Part shown: piece after piece, positions 8,843-17,721 of the stretch
Layout: the number at the start of each line of letters is the position of its first letter
How positions within the stretch are numbered: the stretch's first letter is position 1
From: a virus
Virus record (IMG/VR): IMGVR_UViG_3300032103_000260
Location: 1 to 23,223 of that record
Reading direction: 5' to 3' (one strand)
Length of the DNA: 23,223 nt
Notes under the pieces: generated by a model
The model's database searches: none
What the model was told of the DNA's origin: nothing
The model's input: only the letters and a program-made list of their open reading frames with translations
Translations under genes and position numbers: made by a program

Positions 8843-9151
8843 TTCACCAATTATTTCTTTTAGTTTGAGCATATAATCAATATCCTCATTTTCATTATGA
8901 ATATACTTCATTCTATTGTAAATGAATTTAAGATGATTCTGGTTTGCGATCATACGATCAGCTAAAACAAATGCTAGATTAGCACCAACAGCCATAAATG
9001 CAAGTAGTGGTTGTGTACTATCAACTTCCGTATCTTTAATTACTTCACGAATAAGAGCATCATCCGCTAGTGTCGGCAATCGTAGTTCTTCTGATAGTTG
9101 AATCAATTGACTAACTGATAGTTTATTTAATTTGCTGATTAATGTTACCAT
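8840..9151 (-). CDS. Hypothetical protein
   Basis: 103-aa ORF. Confidence 0.65.
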   Translation of the reverse strand: MVTLISKLNKLSVSQLIQLSEELRLPTLADDALIREVIKDTEVDSTQPLLAFMAVGANLAFVLADRMIANQNHLKFIYNRMKYIHNENEDIDYMLKLKEIIGE

Positions 9152-9160
9152 TTTATTCTG

Positions 9161-9442
9161 TTAAGATTTACGTTTACTTAATGTAACAACAAAAGGTTTA
9201 AATTTTTTTTCATACACCTGATTATATAAAATCAATGTAAGTCTATCTGAGTTCAAGTTAGACATAACATATTCAGTACCATCAATGGTTGCATCATGAG
9301 AACCTACACTAATACTTTTAAATTTTTTTATTCTCTTTAGAGCAGTAGCCAAAAAGCAACAATTATTTGAGAGATATCCTGATGATTCCTTTACGTCTTT
9401 TAGGGATATCTTTACTTTAATGTATTGAGGTAATTTTTTCAT
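9161..9442 (-). CDS. Hypothetical protein
   Basis: 93-aa ORF with ATGA overlap to the upstream gene. Confidence 0.65.
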   Translation of the reverse strand: MKKLPQYIKVKISLKDVKESSGYLSNNCCFLATALKRIKKFKSISVGSHDATIDGTEYVMSNLNSDRLTLILYNQVYEKKFKPFVVTLSKRKS

Positions 9443-10260
9443 ATCTTAATCGATTTAACGTATTCAATGTGTTCTTTGCTCATTGGTACACCAGTGAAGT
9501 TGATTGCAAGGAATACCGACAATACATCTTTATCACTTGAATTTTCATCAAGTTCAATGTAAGTCATTTGTCGATATGACATGAATCTTCTTTGTGCTTG
9601 TTCTGACAAATCTGAGAAATAGTTTTCAGACATATCAGGAAATTCATTTTTAAAGAACGATACCAACGTAGTGAAACGTTGCTTGCCATCAACAAGATCA
9701 AAGAATGCAGTATGTTCTATTTTACCTTCCTTTGCTCTTTTCTCAACCCAACCAATAGGACGTTTACGTAAAACGAATTTTCCTATTTCAATGTTGTTAT
9801 AAATGGATTCAATTAGTAATTGCTTTTGTTCGAGAGTCCAAACAAGACCACGTTGATATTCTACTTCATTACCATCTTCATCAATAACCATAGAATTATA
9901 GCAGGTTTAAGGTATTCTTACACCTAACCATTTTTCATTTCTTTCTTCTTTCTCATATCTATCGAATCCACAACGCCATAAAAGTTGTTCGGTATCTATT
10001 TGATATGCTGTTGCACGAAGTTCAGGTTTGAAAGGATTAACACCGATATGTTTCACACATCTTTCAAGACTGGTAAATGGACATGATTGTAGTTCACGAT
10101 AACCATGTTCCTTATATAATACATGATCACCATCAATGGCTTCTACTTGAACATATTCTTTTTTGGTTTTACCGTATGATGAAACAGTAACAGTAACTGA
10201 ATCGCCTTTTTTGATTGGTTGACTAAGAAATTCCTGAATTTGCTGTTCTTTGGTTGTCAT
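9439..10260 (-). CDS. DUF262 (ParB/Srx-like, GmrSD N-terminal-type) protein; one gene with in-frame TAA at 9907-9909
   Basis: YQRGLVWTLEQKQLLIESI, LVDGKQRFTTL, FLAINFTGVPMS are DUF262 motifs. ORFs 9907-10260 and 9439-9891 are in the same frame (VRIP*TCYNSMVID). Confidence 0.8.
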
Positions 10261-10281
10261 ATACTTCAGTGGTTAAAGTAT

Positions 10282-10310
10282 ATTATACGTATCAGATACG
10301 TAAATAGTTA
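10282..10310 (-). promoter_or_regulatory. Phage promoter TAACT-N16-CGTATAAT
   Basis: Exact motif upstream of ATG 10260. Confidence 0.75.
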
Positions 10311-10446
10311 TTCTTCTTTAGGTAATATTTCATCTATTGCAGCCCTTTGATTATAAATTAAATCATATATTTGAGTTAGTTTTTTATCTATCTCATGTAT
10401 TAGATAATTATGGTCAATAGATTTATCTTCCAATGATTTATGAATC

Positions 10447-10656
10447 TCAGGTAAGTTTATGTAGAGTAATTGATTTATTCATTAAACCTCTAGTTATATC
10501 TAAACCAAAGGCATAAAAATCTAAAATATTATCATCTTCTTTTTCAAGAAAGAATTCGTGACTAATACCAGTGTAAGTATCACCGATAAAATTATGTGTT
10601 TCACATACTGCAATCTTGAACTTTTTAACTGGAATATGAATGATTTTATTTTCCAT
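10447..10656 (-). CDS. Hypothetical protein
   Basis: 69-aa ORF; may continue downstream through a frameshift. Confidence 0.5.
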   Translation of the reverse strand: MENKIIHIPVKKFKIAVCETHNFIGDTYTGISHEFFLEKEDDNILDFYAFGLDITRGLMNKSITLHKLT

Positions 10657-10708
10657 GTCTTACTGGATTTGCTTTGGGTATGACTTGACAGATTGTATAT
10701 TATTCATT

Positions 10709-11038
10709 TTACTTCTCACTTATGATTGAAAAATATTTAACGTGTGATGCTACTTTATCTGAATGATCACAATTAATGACTAGGTATGAACCAACACCAT
10801 CATTCCAACACATATTAGATAGTCTTGGTGGGCATGTTGAAATTATTTTTAAAGTATCTTCATGGTTATCCATAAAGACAACCTTAACCGTATACACCTT
10901 TTCAACACCAACAGGTTTTGATTTAGCACAACCAAATAATAATACTATTATTATTGTAGCTACAATAACACCAATAACAAAGAAGAAATCTTGCTTTGGT
11001 TTATTTTTAAATGTCATAATAAATTTATTTACATTCAT
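10709..11038 (-). CDS. Putative lipoprotein/membrane-anchored protein
   Basis: Hydrophobic stretch ending in lipobox-like LLFGC. Confidence 0.65.
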   Translation of the reverse strand: MNVNKFIMTFKNKPKQDFFFVIGVIVATIIIVLLFGCAKSKPVGVEKVYTVKVVFMDNHEDTLKIISTCPPRLSNMCWNDGVGSYLVINCDHSDKVASHVKYFSIISEK

Positions 11039-11452
11039 ATAAGATTAGTTAATACGTATTTTAATCCATCATCAATTGCATTTGCTGGTGAATCAAATCC
11101 TGATTCAGAATTAGCAAGGCAGTCATAGTTATAATTTTTATCAAGAGAATAAATATACCAACCAAACCACACATTATCTTCATCTTTACCAAATTCAACT
11201 TGAATCCAGAGATTAAAGTTTAATCTAATCCATTCCCTTGCAACTAAATGAGTTGGACAAGAATAGTATCCTTCTTTATTACTATAAGTATGATTATTGA
11301 AGTTATGTTTAGAATCCCATTTTCTTATCCAGAATTCATCATCCAATGGTTCTGTTGTATTGTGTACCCATTCATTATGAACCTCTACCCTTTTCTTTAG
11401 GAAGTTTACTTGCTTCAAAAGAACATAGTGAATCTTCTATATTATTAATCAT
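11035..11452 (-). CDS. Paralog 2 of the FExAKLLKEKG family (frameshift ~11390)
   Basis: Likely start MINNIEDSLCSFEASKL.KEKG at 11452; body SCPTHLVAREWIR...FDSPANAIDDGLKYVL. Confidence 0.7.
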
Positions 11453-11718
11453 ACGAGTTCTTCTAATTGGAGTTCTTGTTCTTCAAATGCTTTTTCTATT
11501 TCTTTTACTGATACTGCAAATCTATCTAATGCAAAATACTGATAGGGAAATAAATCATCATTATTTATTTCTGCCAGTTTACAACCATAGATACCTTGTA
11601 TTTTCATGAAACATACTGCAGTAATAGTATATTCCTGATCTTTCTTAACCCAACGGTTCATTGGAACTTCGTTTGGCTTATTTTTATCATTTATACATGT
11701 AACACGTAATTGGTTCAT
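11449..11718 (-). CDS. Hypothetical protein (CIND...YT...G..LAEI...RF type)
   Basis: 89-aa ORF, ATGA-overlapped with the downstream gene. Confidence 0.7.
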   Translation of the reverse strand: MNQLRVTCINDKNKPNEVPMNRWVKKDQEYTITAVCFMKIQGIYGCKLAEINNDDLFPYQYFALDRFAVSVKEIEKAFEEQELQLEELV

Positions 11719-11794
11719 TTGAGTCTATGTTCTTTTGAGATACGATATTCCTTACCCTCAACTTCAATCCATCTATTTTCTTTTACAATACCTT

Positions 11795-12328
11795 TCACTT
11801 TATGAAATATTTACTTGGTACATGATCAGTCAAATATACCATATTTTCTGTTATATAGAAATCATATCCATCTTCATTCATTCTTTTTGCATCAATATGG
11901 ATTATCCAAACCTTATTATTGTATTTGGCATAACGTATACCTACGTTGAATGCAACATCTTCATCATCAGTTAAATGAACATGATGTCTACTCATTTTAC
12001 TTAAACCATCCTTAAGTATTATTTCTTTTTTATCGATGGAAGTACCATGATGTAAAACATCAGGTGGTTTTATTTTTTTAGCTTCAATTTCTATTTCAAT
12101 TGAATGCCCTTGATTGGCTTTAATTTTAGATTTATCCTGATTAAAAGAGAATCTTTTTTTATCATTATTATTGATAATCCATTCCAATTCACTAAGAGTT
12201 ATTTTAAGTTTATCTATTAAATCACAAACACTAACATAGCCTTTCTTATCTAAGATAAGATTTTCTTTTTCAGGCTGATGTCTTAGTAAAAGAGATAAGT
12301 ATCTACTTTTATCTTTCAGAGATTTCAT
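11795..12328 (-). CDS. kptA: RNA 2'-phosphotransferase (Tpt1/KptA)
   Basis: SRYLSLLLRH, DKKRF, IKANQGHS, LHHGT, GLSKMSRHHVHLT, VYLTDHVP: complete Tpt1/KptA signature. Confidence 0.95.
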   Translation of the reverse strand: MKSLKDKSRYLSLLLRHQPEKENLILDKKGYVSVCDLIDKLKITLSELEWIINNNDKKRFSFNQDKSKIKANQGHSIEIEIEAKKIKPPDVLHHGTSIDKKEIILKDGLSKMSRHHVHLTDDEDVAFNVGIRYAKYNNKVWIIHIDAKRMNEDGYDFYITENMVYLTDHVPSKYFIK

Positions 12329-12755
12329 ATTTACTAATTAATTTTAATGTTTTTTTGATTGCTTCTTTTAATGCTTCTTCAGGAGTATCCCATCCATCAG
12401 GTGATTGACCATCATTATCTTTCCACCATTCACCAAAGTCACCATTATTTCTAATCCATTTATAACCATAACGGAAACCATCGTAATAGGTACAGTCATT
12501 AAATAATTGAATACCATATTTTTCTTTAAACCAATCAATAACTTGTGAGTATATTGGTGCAGGTAAAATATTTTTATCTACTTTCCAAAAAGAATTAGTA
12601 TTACTACATGGCATTGAAGTATATGATAGTCTTTCGCCATTATCATGATAGTATGTAAAGCATGGCTCATTAAATCCCATATCTTTAAGGATTAATGTTA
12701 TATCATATGGTGAAAATAAGTGATTCAATTTTTTCATTTTAAAATAATTTATCAT
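12309..12755 (-). CDS. Paralog 3 of the FExAKLLKEKG family
   Basis: LKDMGFNEPCFTYY...PAPIYSQVIDWFKEKYGI...WDTPEEALKEAI. Confidence 0.75.
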   Translation of the reverse strand: MINYFKMKKLNHLFSPYDITLILKDMGFNEPCFTYYHDNGERLSYTSMPCSNTNSFWKVDKNILPAPIYSQVIDWFKEKYGIQLFNDCTYYDGFRYGYKWIRNNGDFGEWWKDNDGQSPDGWDTPEEALKEAIKKTLKLISKYEISER

Positions 12756-13011
12756 GTTTCACTTTAACATATTTTCGAAGGACAACATCTAAATTAGGAT
12801 AAATCATAATTGACATAATTACAATACCATTAGAATCATTTGATTGAGTAAATGCAACATCGTGTATATTTTTATTAATAACATTCTGAAGATATAATTC
12901 TTTATTTTCTTTACTCATATTCAATTTCGATACTTTGATATTATAGCATATAATAATTTCATGAGTAAGACCTTCATTACTTCTTACCTGAATAGTATCA
13001 TAAACTTTCAC
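12739..13011 (-). CDS. Hypothetical protein
   Basis: 90-aa ORF. Confidence 0.55.
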   Translation of the reverse strand: MKVYDTIQVRSNEGLTHEIIICYNIKVSKLNMSKENKELYLQNVINKNIHDVAFTQSNDSNGIVIMSIMIYPNLDVVLRKYVKVKHDKLF

Positions 13012-13065
13012 ATGATCAGGGATAAAAGATAATTTAGCTGGATTATTTTTTTAAATATGTCAAAC

Positions 13066-13520
13066 CTACAATAAGAAATAATCCAGATGTATTTTAGTAT
13101 TACCAACGATTAGAGTTTTCTTTTCTGTAGTGTCTTTACTTATTCTAATTTTAACACTATAGTTTTCACCTACAGTCATTTCATCTGGTACAGAATAAGC
13201 TATAAGTCCTTTAACACCATTTTGATTAGTTTCTTCTATTGCTTGAGAATTATCTACAATAGTTGTTTTCTTAACTTTTGATTTTTTTTTTGAAATTGTG
13301 GCGATGCTAATTCATATGTATTTTCATACTCACGATACTTTGGTTCTACATCTTGATAATCAGAAACACCATCGCTATCCTGATCAGTACGATAAGCAGA
13401 AACAGTATCGACAACTTCAGGTTTAGCCATTTTCATATATCTTGGTTTTAGTTTATTACTTCTACAAGTGAACATGAAAATTAAAATAAGAGATAATGAT
13501 ATGTAAATTAAATATTTCGT
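13066..13520 (-). CDS. Putative lipoprotein with a Ca-binding DxDxDG (TSP3-like) motif; frameshift in A-run ~13285
   Basis: (ACG)KYLIYISLSLILIFMFTC signal/lipobox; DQDSDGVSDYQDVEP; continues ...GLIAYSVPDEMTVGENYSVKIRISK in another frame. Both ends uncertain. Confidence 0.55.
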
Positions 13521-13592
13521 ATGTGATAAATAGTTTATTTTCTTATATCAATCATTACTACATTAAAGTAACTGATTTTAGAAAAATGATAA

Positions 13593-13853
13593 CTATATAA
13601 ATTCTCTACATTTTATATATCTTTTGATTACTCTTCTTCTAAGATACTTCATTACTTCATCAACAGTATTAAATGATTTAAGGGTCATATCGTGTCGTAA
13701 AAAACTTTGATCAAATCCTTTAGGTACAAATTGTAAAGCATTATTTTTGTAATAATCTAATATTCTACCTATATACAAACCATTGAGACAAACTCTACAA
13801 ACACCATGTTTGTCTTGTGTATAATCAAGATTAAAATGAGGTATTTTATTCAT
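13593..13853 (-). CDS. Hypothetical protein
   Basis: ORF 13593-13859 with likely ATG at 13853. Confidence 0.6.
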   Translation of the reverse strand: MNKIPHFNLDYTQDKHGVCRVCLNGLYIGRILDYYKNNALQFVPKGFDQSFLRHDMTLKSFNTVDEVMKYLRRRVIKRYIKCREFI

Positions 13854-13881
13854 AACCAATTAGTTAGGTAAAACGTATAAT
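13853..13881 (+). promoter_or_regulatory. Phage promoter TAACC-N16-CGTATAAT (plus strand)
   Basis: Exact motif, oriented toward the plus-strand nuclease gene. Confidence 0.75.
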
Positions 13882-13922
13882 ATATGGTATAAAATTAGTA
13901 AATTAGTTTTTAATTTCAAAAA

Positions 13923-14546
13923 ATGAGTAGGCTTTTAAAGTATATTATATTGGTTCTATTGTTTCTTTGGGCATTAGCATCAGATGCACAAAATTGTCCT
14001 CAAAACACAATTTTTATTGATAAGAAGGTATATCAGGTTTGTTATTCTGAACAATTTAAAAACCCTATAATTGTTAGCTACAAATTGTATAAACCTAAAT
14101 ATTTAGTTGAAAGAGGTGGTATGAATTTTCATAAAGAAGAGGGTATTACTACAGCAACAGATGAAGACTTTAAATACAATTACTATGATAAAGGGCATTT
14201 AGCACCTGCTGAAGCATTCTCTGGCAGTAGAGAATCATTACTATTAACATTTTCTTATGTTAACTGTGCAGTACAGCATCAAGATTTAAATAGGGGTGTA
14301 TGGAAAGCATTAGAGAAGTATGAGAGAGATTATGCTTTCAATGATAGCATATTAGTAATTAATGAAGTTATATTCTTAAAGAGCAAAGCTACTGGTGATT
14401 ATAGCAAATTAAAGACTGGTGCATACATACCTGATTACTTTCAAAAAACTATCATCAATTTAAGAACAAAGACTAAAAGAGTATTCAGATTTCCTAACAT
14501 AGCACCAAAAGAAGGTAGTAGATATACTGATTACGAAATCCGTTGA
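13923..14546 (+). CDS. Secreted DNA/RNA non-specific endonuclease (NucA/EndoG, His-Me family)
   Basis: YDKGHLAPA, TFSYVNCAVQHQDLNRGVWKALE, IPDYFQK; signal peptide ending ASDA-Q. Confidence 0.92.
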   Translation: MSRLLKYIILVLLFLWALASDAQNCPQNTIFIDKKVYQVCYSEQFKNPIIVSYKLYKPKYLVERGGMNFHKEEGITTATDEDFKYNYYDKGHLAPAEAFSGSRESLLLTFSYVNCAVQHQDLNRGVWKALEKYERDYAFNDSILVINEVIFLKSKATGDYSKLKTGAYIPDYFQKTIINLRTKTKRVFRFPNIAPKEGSRYTDYEIR

Positions 14547-14698
14547 CTAGGAGGGTGATAGTTAATAATTTCACCTTCTCAACGTAAATTGATTTCAACC
14601 TTGTATGTTATTTCATAAATTAATTTGCGTGTATCTTTATCAACACCAATTAATCTAAAAAAACCATGACCTAGTGAATATTCTTTAAATTCTATCAT
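14531..14698 (-). CDS. Small EGE-motif protein (in-frame TGA at 14579-14581)
   Basis: MIEFKEYSLGHGFFRLIGVDKDTRKLIYEITYKVEINLR*EGEIINYHPPSQRIS*. Confidence 0.5.
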
Positions 14699-14916
14699 TT
14701 CTTAATTATGATATGTGCTTTACCATCTATCACTTCAAATCTATAATATTCCCCTTCGATTAAATCAACATCAGACACTACTTCATACTGTTTTATATCT
14801 CCACCAACTTTTTTAATACCACTCCAACCAGTTTTCCAATTACCACCTGAAAGAGCACGAACAACTGGAGTTCTATACTCAATTTTTCCGTTTTTATAAA
14901 TTCCTCTTCCTTTCAT
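14695..14916 (-). CDS. Small protein with EGE motif
   Basis: 73 aa, DLIEGEYYRF. Confidence 0.65.
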   Translation of the reverse strand: MKGRGIYKNGKIEYRTPVVRALSGGNWKTGWSGIKKVGGDIKQYEVVSDVDLIEGEYYRFEVIDGKAHIIIKK

Positions 14917-14917
14917 A

Positions 14918-15100
14918 TTACTTTTTTTTATATGGTGCGTAATCTAAACGCTCACCTTCGAGATTATCACCTTTAAATGTTAGATCACAATCAATAAAAC
15001 TATTACCACTATTGAAATAGATTCTTCTGGTTATGTCCTTATCTATATCAATATCAGTTAAATATTTATGACCTGTTTTACTTCTGTATTTAATTATCAA
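14918..15100 (-). CDS. Small EGE-motif protein
   Basis: 60 aa, TRRIYF...NLEGERLDY. Confidence 0.6.
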   Translation of the reverse strand: MIIKYRSKTGHKYLTDIDIDKDITRRIYFNSGNSFIDCDLTFKGDNLEGERLDYAPYKKK

Positions 15101-15120
15101 TTTACTCTGTTGATTCTTTG

Positions 15121-15288
15121 TTATAAAATTATTTCTCCTTCGTATAACAACAAACCAATATCAGATGTATACACAAGATCACGTATTATTTCTGTTTTTT
15201 CCATATTTTTGGTAACATGTCTAATATATTTACTTCCAATAGGAATAATTTCGCAATAAAAAAATGTAAATACCCATGAATCCATCAT
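15121..15288 (-). CDS. Small EGE-motif protein (55 aa)
   Basis: MMDSWVF...KYIRHVTKNMEKTEIIRDLVYTSDIGLLLYEGEIIL*; shares DLVYTxD..L.L.EGE with 17226-17432. Confidence 0.6.
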   Translation of the reverse strand: MMDSWVFTFFYCEIIPIGSKYIRHVTKNMEKTEIIRDLVYTSDIGLLLYEGEIIL

Positions 15289-15438
15289 ACTCTTCTCGCC
15301 ATATTAAAAGCTGAGATTGGTTTTAATTCTTTAAAATTTTCAGTAGATTTCTTACCTCTTTTTAGAGCTACTGGTTTACCAAAATTGGCTTTACCAAACT
15401 TTTGAATTATTTTTTTTCTTTCTTCGTCACTCATAAAA

Positions 15439-15693
15439 TTATTTATTATATAATTTTTTTAAATAATCACGATATTCTAATTCTTCACCTTCATCTAATT
15501 CAGCACCATTATCTTCATTACGTGTAAAATCAAATATAACAACATTTAATTGATTATCATAACATAAAATTCTTTTATAATCTACACCTTTAAATGTAAA
15601 TGCATAACAAATAATACGATCACTAGTATCTATTTCAAAATGATATTCATTGATTAGTACATTGATTAATTTTTTATGTTGTCTACGAGTCAT
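15439..15693 (-). CDS. Small EGE-motif protein
   Basis: 84 aa, KRILCY...LDEGEELEY. Confidence 0.65.
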   Translation of the reverse strand: MTRRQHKKLINVLINEYHFEIDTSDRIICYAFTFKGVDYKRILCYDNQLNVVIFDFTRNEDNGAELDEGEELEYRDYLKKLYNK

Positions 15694-16577
15694 AATGAAT
15701 ATGAATATAATACCTTAATCTTAATACCATACTTAAATACAGTACCTGTTTTTGTTAATTTCTGTCTTTTTATTGTACCTCTACATAATTTACTAATGTA
15801 ATCTGTTTTTACATTATAATGTCTAGCTGCATGGTATATTGTTTTGTGTTTCTTAACTAAGATATTATTATAATATTCTTCGATAGAATAAATCCATTTA
15901 TATTTTGGTTTCTTTCTTGGTTTAGGTGGTGGTAACGAATTCTCTTGTTTCTTAATTAAGTTCTTAATATTTATTTTGGGAATGCTTGAGTTGCTTTTGG
16001 ATAAAAATATTTGAATTCATATTCTTTAATCCAGAAGAAATCATCTACAAGTCTGTGTTTAAATTTTTTTTCTATCAACAATCCCATATAATTTTGATCT
16101 AGAACCACCATTAATTACTTTATAGTCTTTGAATACTTTAGTTGCAGCATCCTTAATTAACTTCCAAGATTTGATTAATTTACCTGATTGATCATACTGA
16201 TAAATAGCTTTATGTTTTGATTCACTTAATCTATTTAAGGTATGTATATCCTTTTCTTTACCAACCCAATATCCTTCACCTTTACCAAAGAATCCACGTT
16301 TTCCTTTAAGTAGATGTTTAGCGTTTTTTAAATTATTACCATCTTTATGGAAGAGAATGTTTATTAATTTATCATCAAACCATTTTTTATCGGTGGTTAT
16401 ATCAATAGGTACTATTTCAATTTTATTTGCAGGAGTATTTTCAAATAATCTATTTTTTATACCATACAAAGGGCTTCTTGGTATTTGATTTTTTTATTTA
16501 TCAAATAATATAGTTTTACCAATATAGATCAACTTATTATTCTTTTTTAATCCAAAAAGTTTAATTTTATTGTTCAT
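15690..16577 (-). CDS. GIY-YIG-like / NUMOD1-repeat homing-endonuclease-type protein (disrupted)
   Basis: ATG 16577 gives KLFGLKKNNKLIYIGKT, then in-frame TAA 16494-16496, then NUMOD1-like AIYQYDQSGKLIKSWKLIKDAA. After frameshifts there is a second NUMOD1/HTH-like unit SIEEYYNNILVKKHKTIYHAARHYNVKTDYISKLCRG. Confidence 0.65.
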
Positions 16578-16777
16578 CCCTCGTATTGTTTTTTTATTAT
16601 CCAGCTTTTATTTTTGGGTTTATATTGAATAGCACTAAGTTCAACATAATATGTTGAATTTAAAAGTAGTCTATATAAGACAGTCATTGCAGCTTCTCTA
16701 TATTTAGTTGAGATTAGTTTAGTCTTTAATCTTTCATGTAGAAATATCTCCACATATTTTATTGATGAGGTTTCCAT
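16574..16777 (-). CDS. Hypothetical protein
   Basis: 67-aa ORF overlapping both neighbours. Confidence 0.5.
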   Translation of the reverse strand: METSSIKYVEIFLHERLKTKLISTKYREAAMTVLYRLLLNSTYYVELSAIQYKPKNKSWIIKKQYEG

Positions 16778-17175
16778 GATCTACTTTTTAATCTCTCATT
16801 GGTATCAATACATTTCTTACATGCAGTAATTACCCACCCACTTGAATGCATAATATCTTCATTTGAACCACAAAACTCACATGTTTGATATGATAATTCT
16901 TCTGCTTTAGAAATGAGATCATTGACATAATTATTACTTCCATAAACATAAAAACGCAACGATCCAAATTTTTCCTTTATTTGAACAACATGAAATTCTT
17001 CTGGAATAGTACCATAATTTTCATAGTAATAAGTGTTGATATCATTCAATAGATTATCCAGCAAATCGTACCATCCAATCCCACATTCAAATCCAAACAT
17101 AGGTAATGGATATCTACTATCTCTAATGAATAAATGTGAATATTTTTCTGATAATGTGTTATAGTTTTTATCCAT
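16759..17175 (-). CDS. Conserved phage protein with QIKEKFGxLRFY motif and C-terminal Zn ribbon
   Basis: FECGIGW, QIKEKFGSLRFY, CEFCG...GWVITACKKC. Confidence 0.8.
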   Translation of the reverse strand: MDKNYNTLSEKYSHLFIRDSRYPLPMFGFECGIGWYDLLDNLLNDINTYYYENYGTIPEEFHVVQIKEKFGSLRFYVYGSNNYVNDLISKAEELSYQTCEFCGSNEDIMHSSGWVITACKKCIDTNERLKSRSWKPHQ

Positions 17176-17225
17176 AATAGTTATCTTTATAATAAATACT
17201 TTCTATATACTACATAGTATTCAGA

Positions 17226-17432
17226 TCAGTAAAAACATTCTCCCTCAAATAGCATTATTAATCTACTATCATAAGTATAGACAAGATCATGACCTAATCT
17301 ATTTTTATAATCATATATAAATATAGTTCTTTCATATTTATCATTCAATTTAATTTTCTGACAGGTAATAATCGAAGAATCATTATACCTTTTAACGGTA
17401 TACATTTCATGATGTAGATTAATCATTGCCAT
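17226..17432 (-). CDS. Small EGE-motif protein
   Basis: 68 aa ending HDLVYTYDSRLIMLFEGECFY*. Confidence 0.65.
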   Translation of the reverse strand: MAMINLHHEMYTVKRYNDSSIITCQKIKLNDKYERTIFIYDYKNRLGHDLVYTYDSRLIMLFEGECFY

Positions 17433-17613
17433 ATGCCATATACGGGATATCGTGACTAACTTTTTTATCTACAGACAAGTATTCCCCTTCAGGGACATAG
17501 TTGTTGTCATACAAACAATCATTCAAAATGATATTCTCAGTTTTATGTATCTTAACATATCTTAAAAAATCTCCATGTGAAAAAACTCCGTAAACCACCT
17601 TTACAACAAACAT
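17419..17613 (-). CDS. Small EGE-motif protein
   Basis: 64 aa, FLRYVKIHKTENIILNDCLY...VPEGEYL. Confidence 0.6.
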   Translation of the reverse strand: MFVVKVVYGVFSHGDFLRYVKIHKTENIILNDCLYDNNYVPEGEYLSVDKKVSHDIPYMAYGND

Positions 17614-17637
17614 TTACTGCTGGTACAGTTATATAAA

Positions 17638-17694
17638 TCAGATTCTCAGGACTGACACCCATAACGATTATATAGTTTGTCTTCAAGCAGAAGA
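17638..17694 (-). repeat. Small RNA motif copy 2 (TCTTCTGCTTGAAGACAAA ... CCTGAGAATCT)
   Basis: 19-nt identity with 4287-4305 plus the second shared block. Confidence 0.65.
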
Positions 17695-17702
17695 ATTCTA
17701 TT

Positions 17703-17714
17703 TTTTCAAAGAAC
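17703..17714 (-). promoter_or_regulatory. boxA-like GTTCTTTGAAAA
   Basis: Identical to 4902-4913; directly 3' of the tRNA-like gene. Confidence 0.55.
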
Positions 17715-17721
17715 TATTTTG

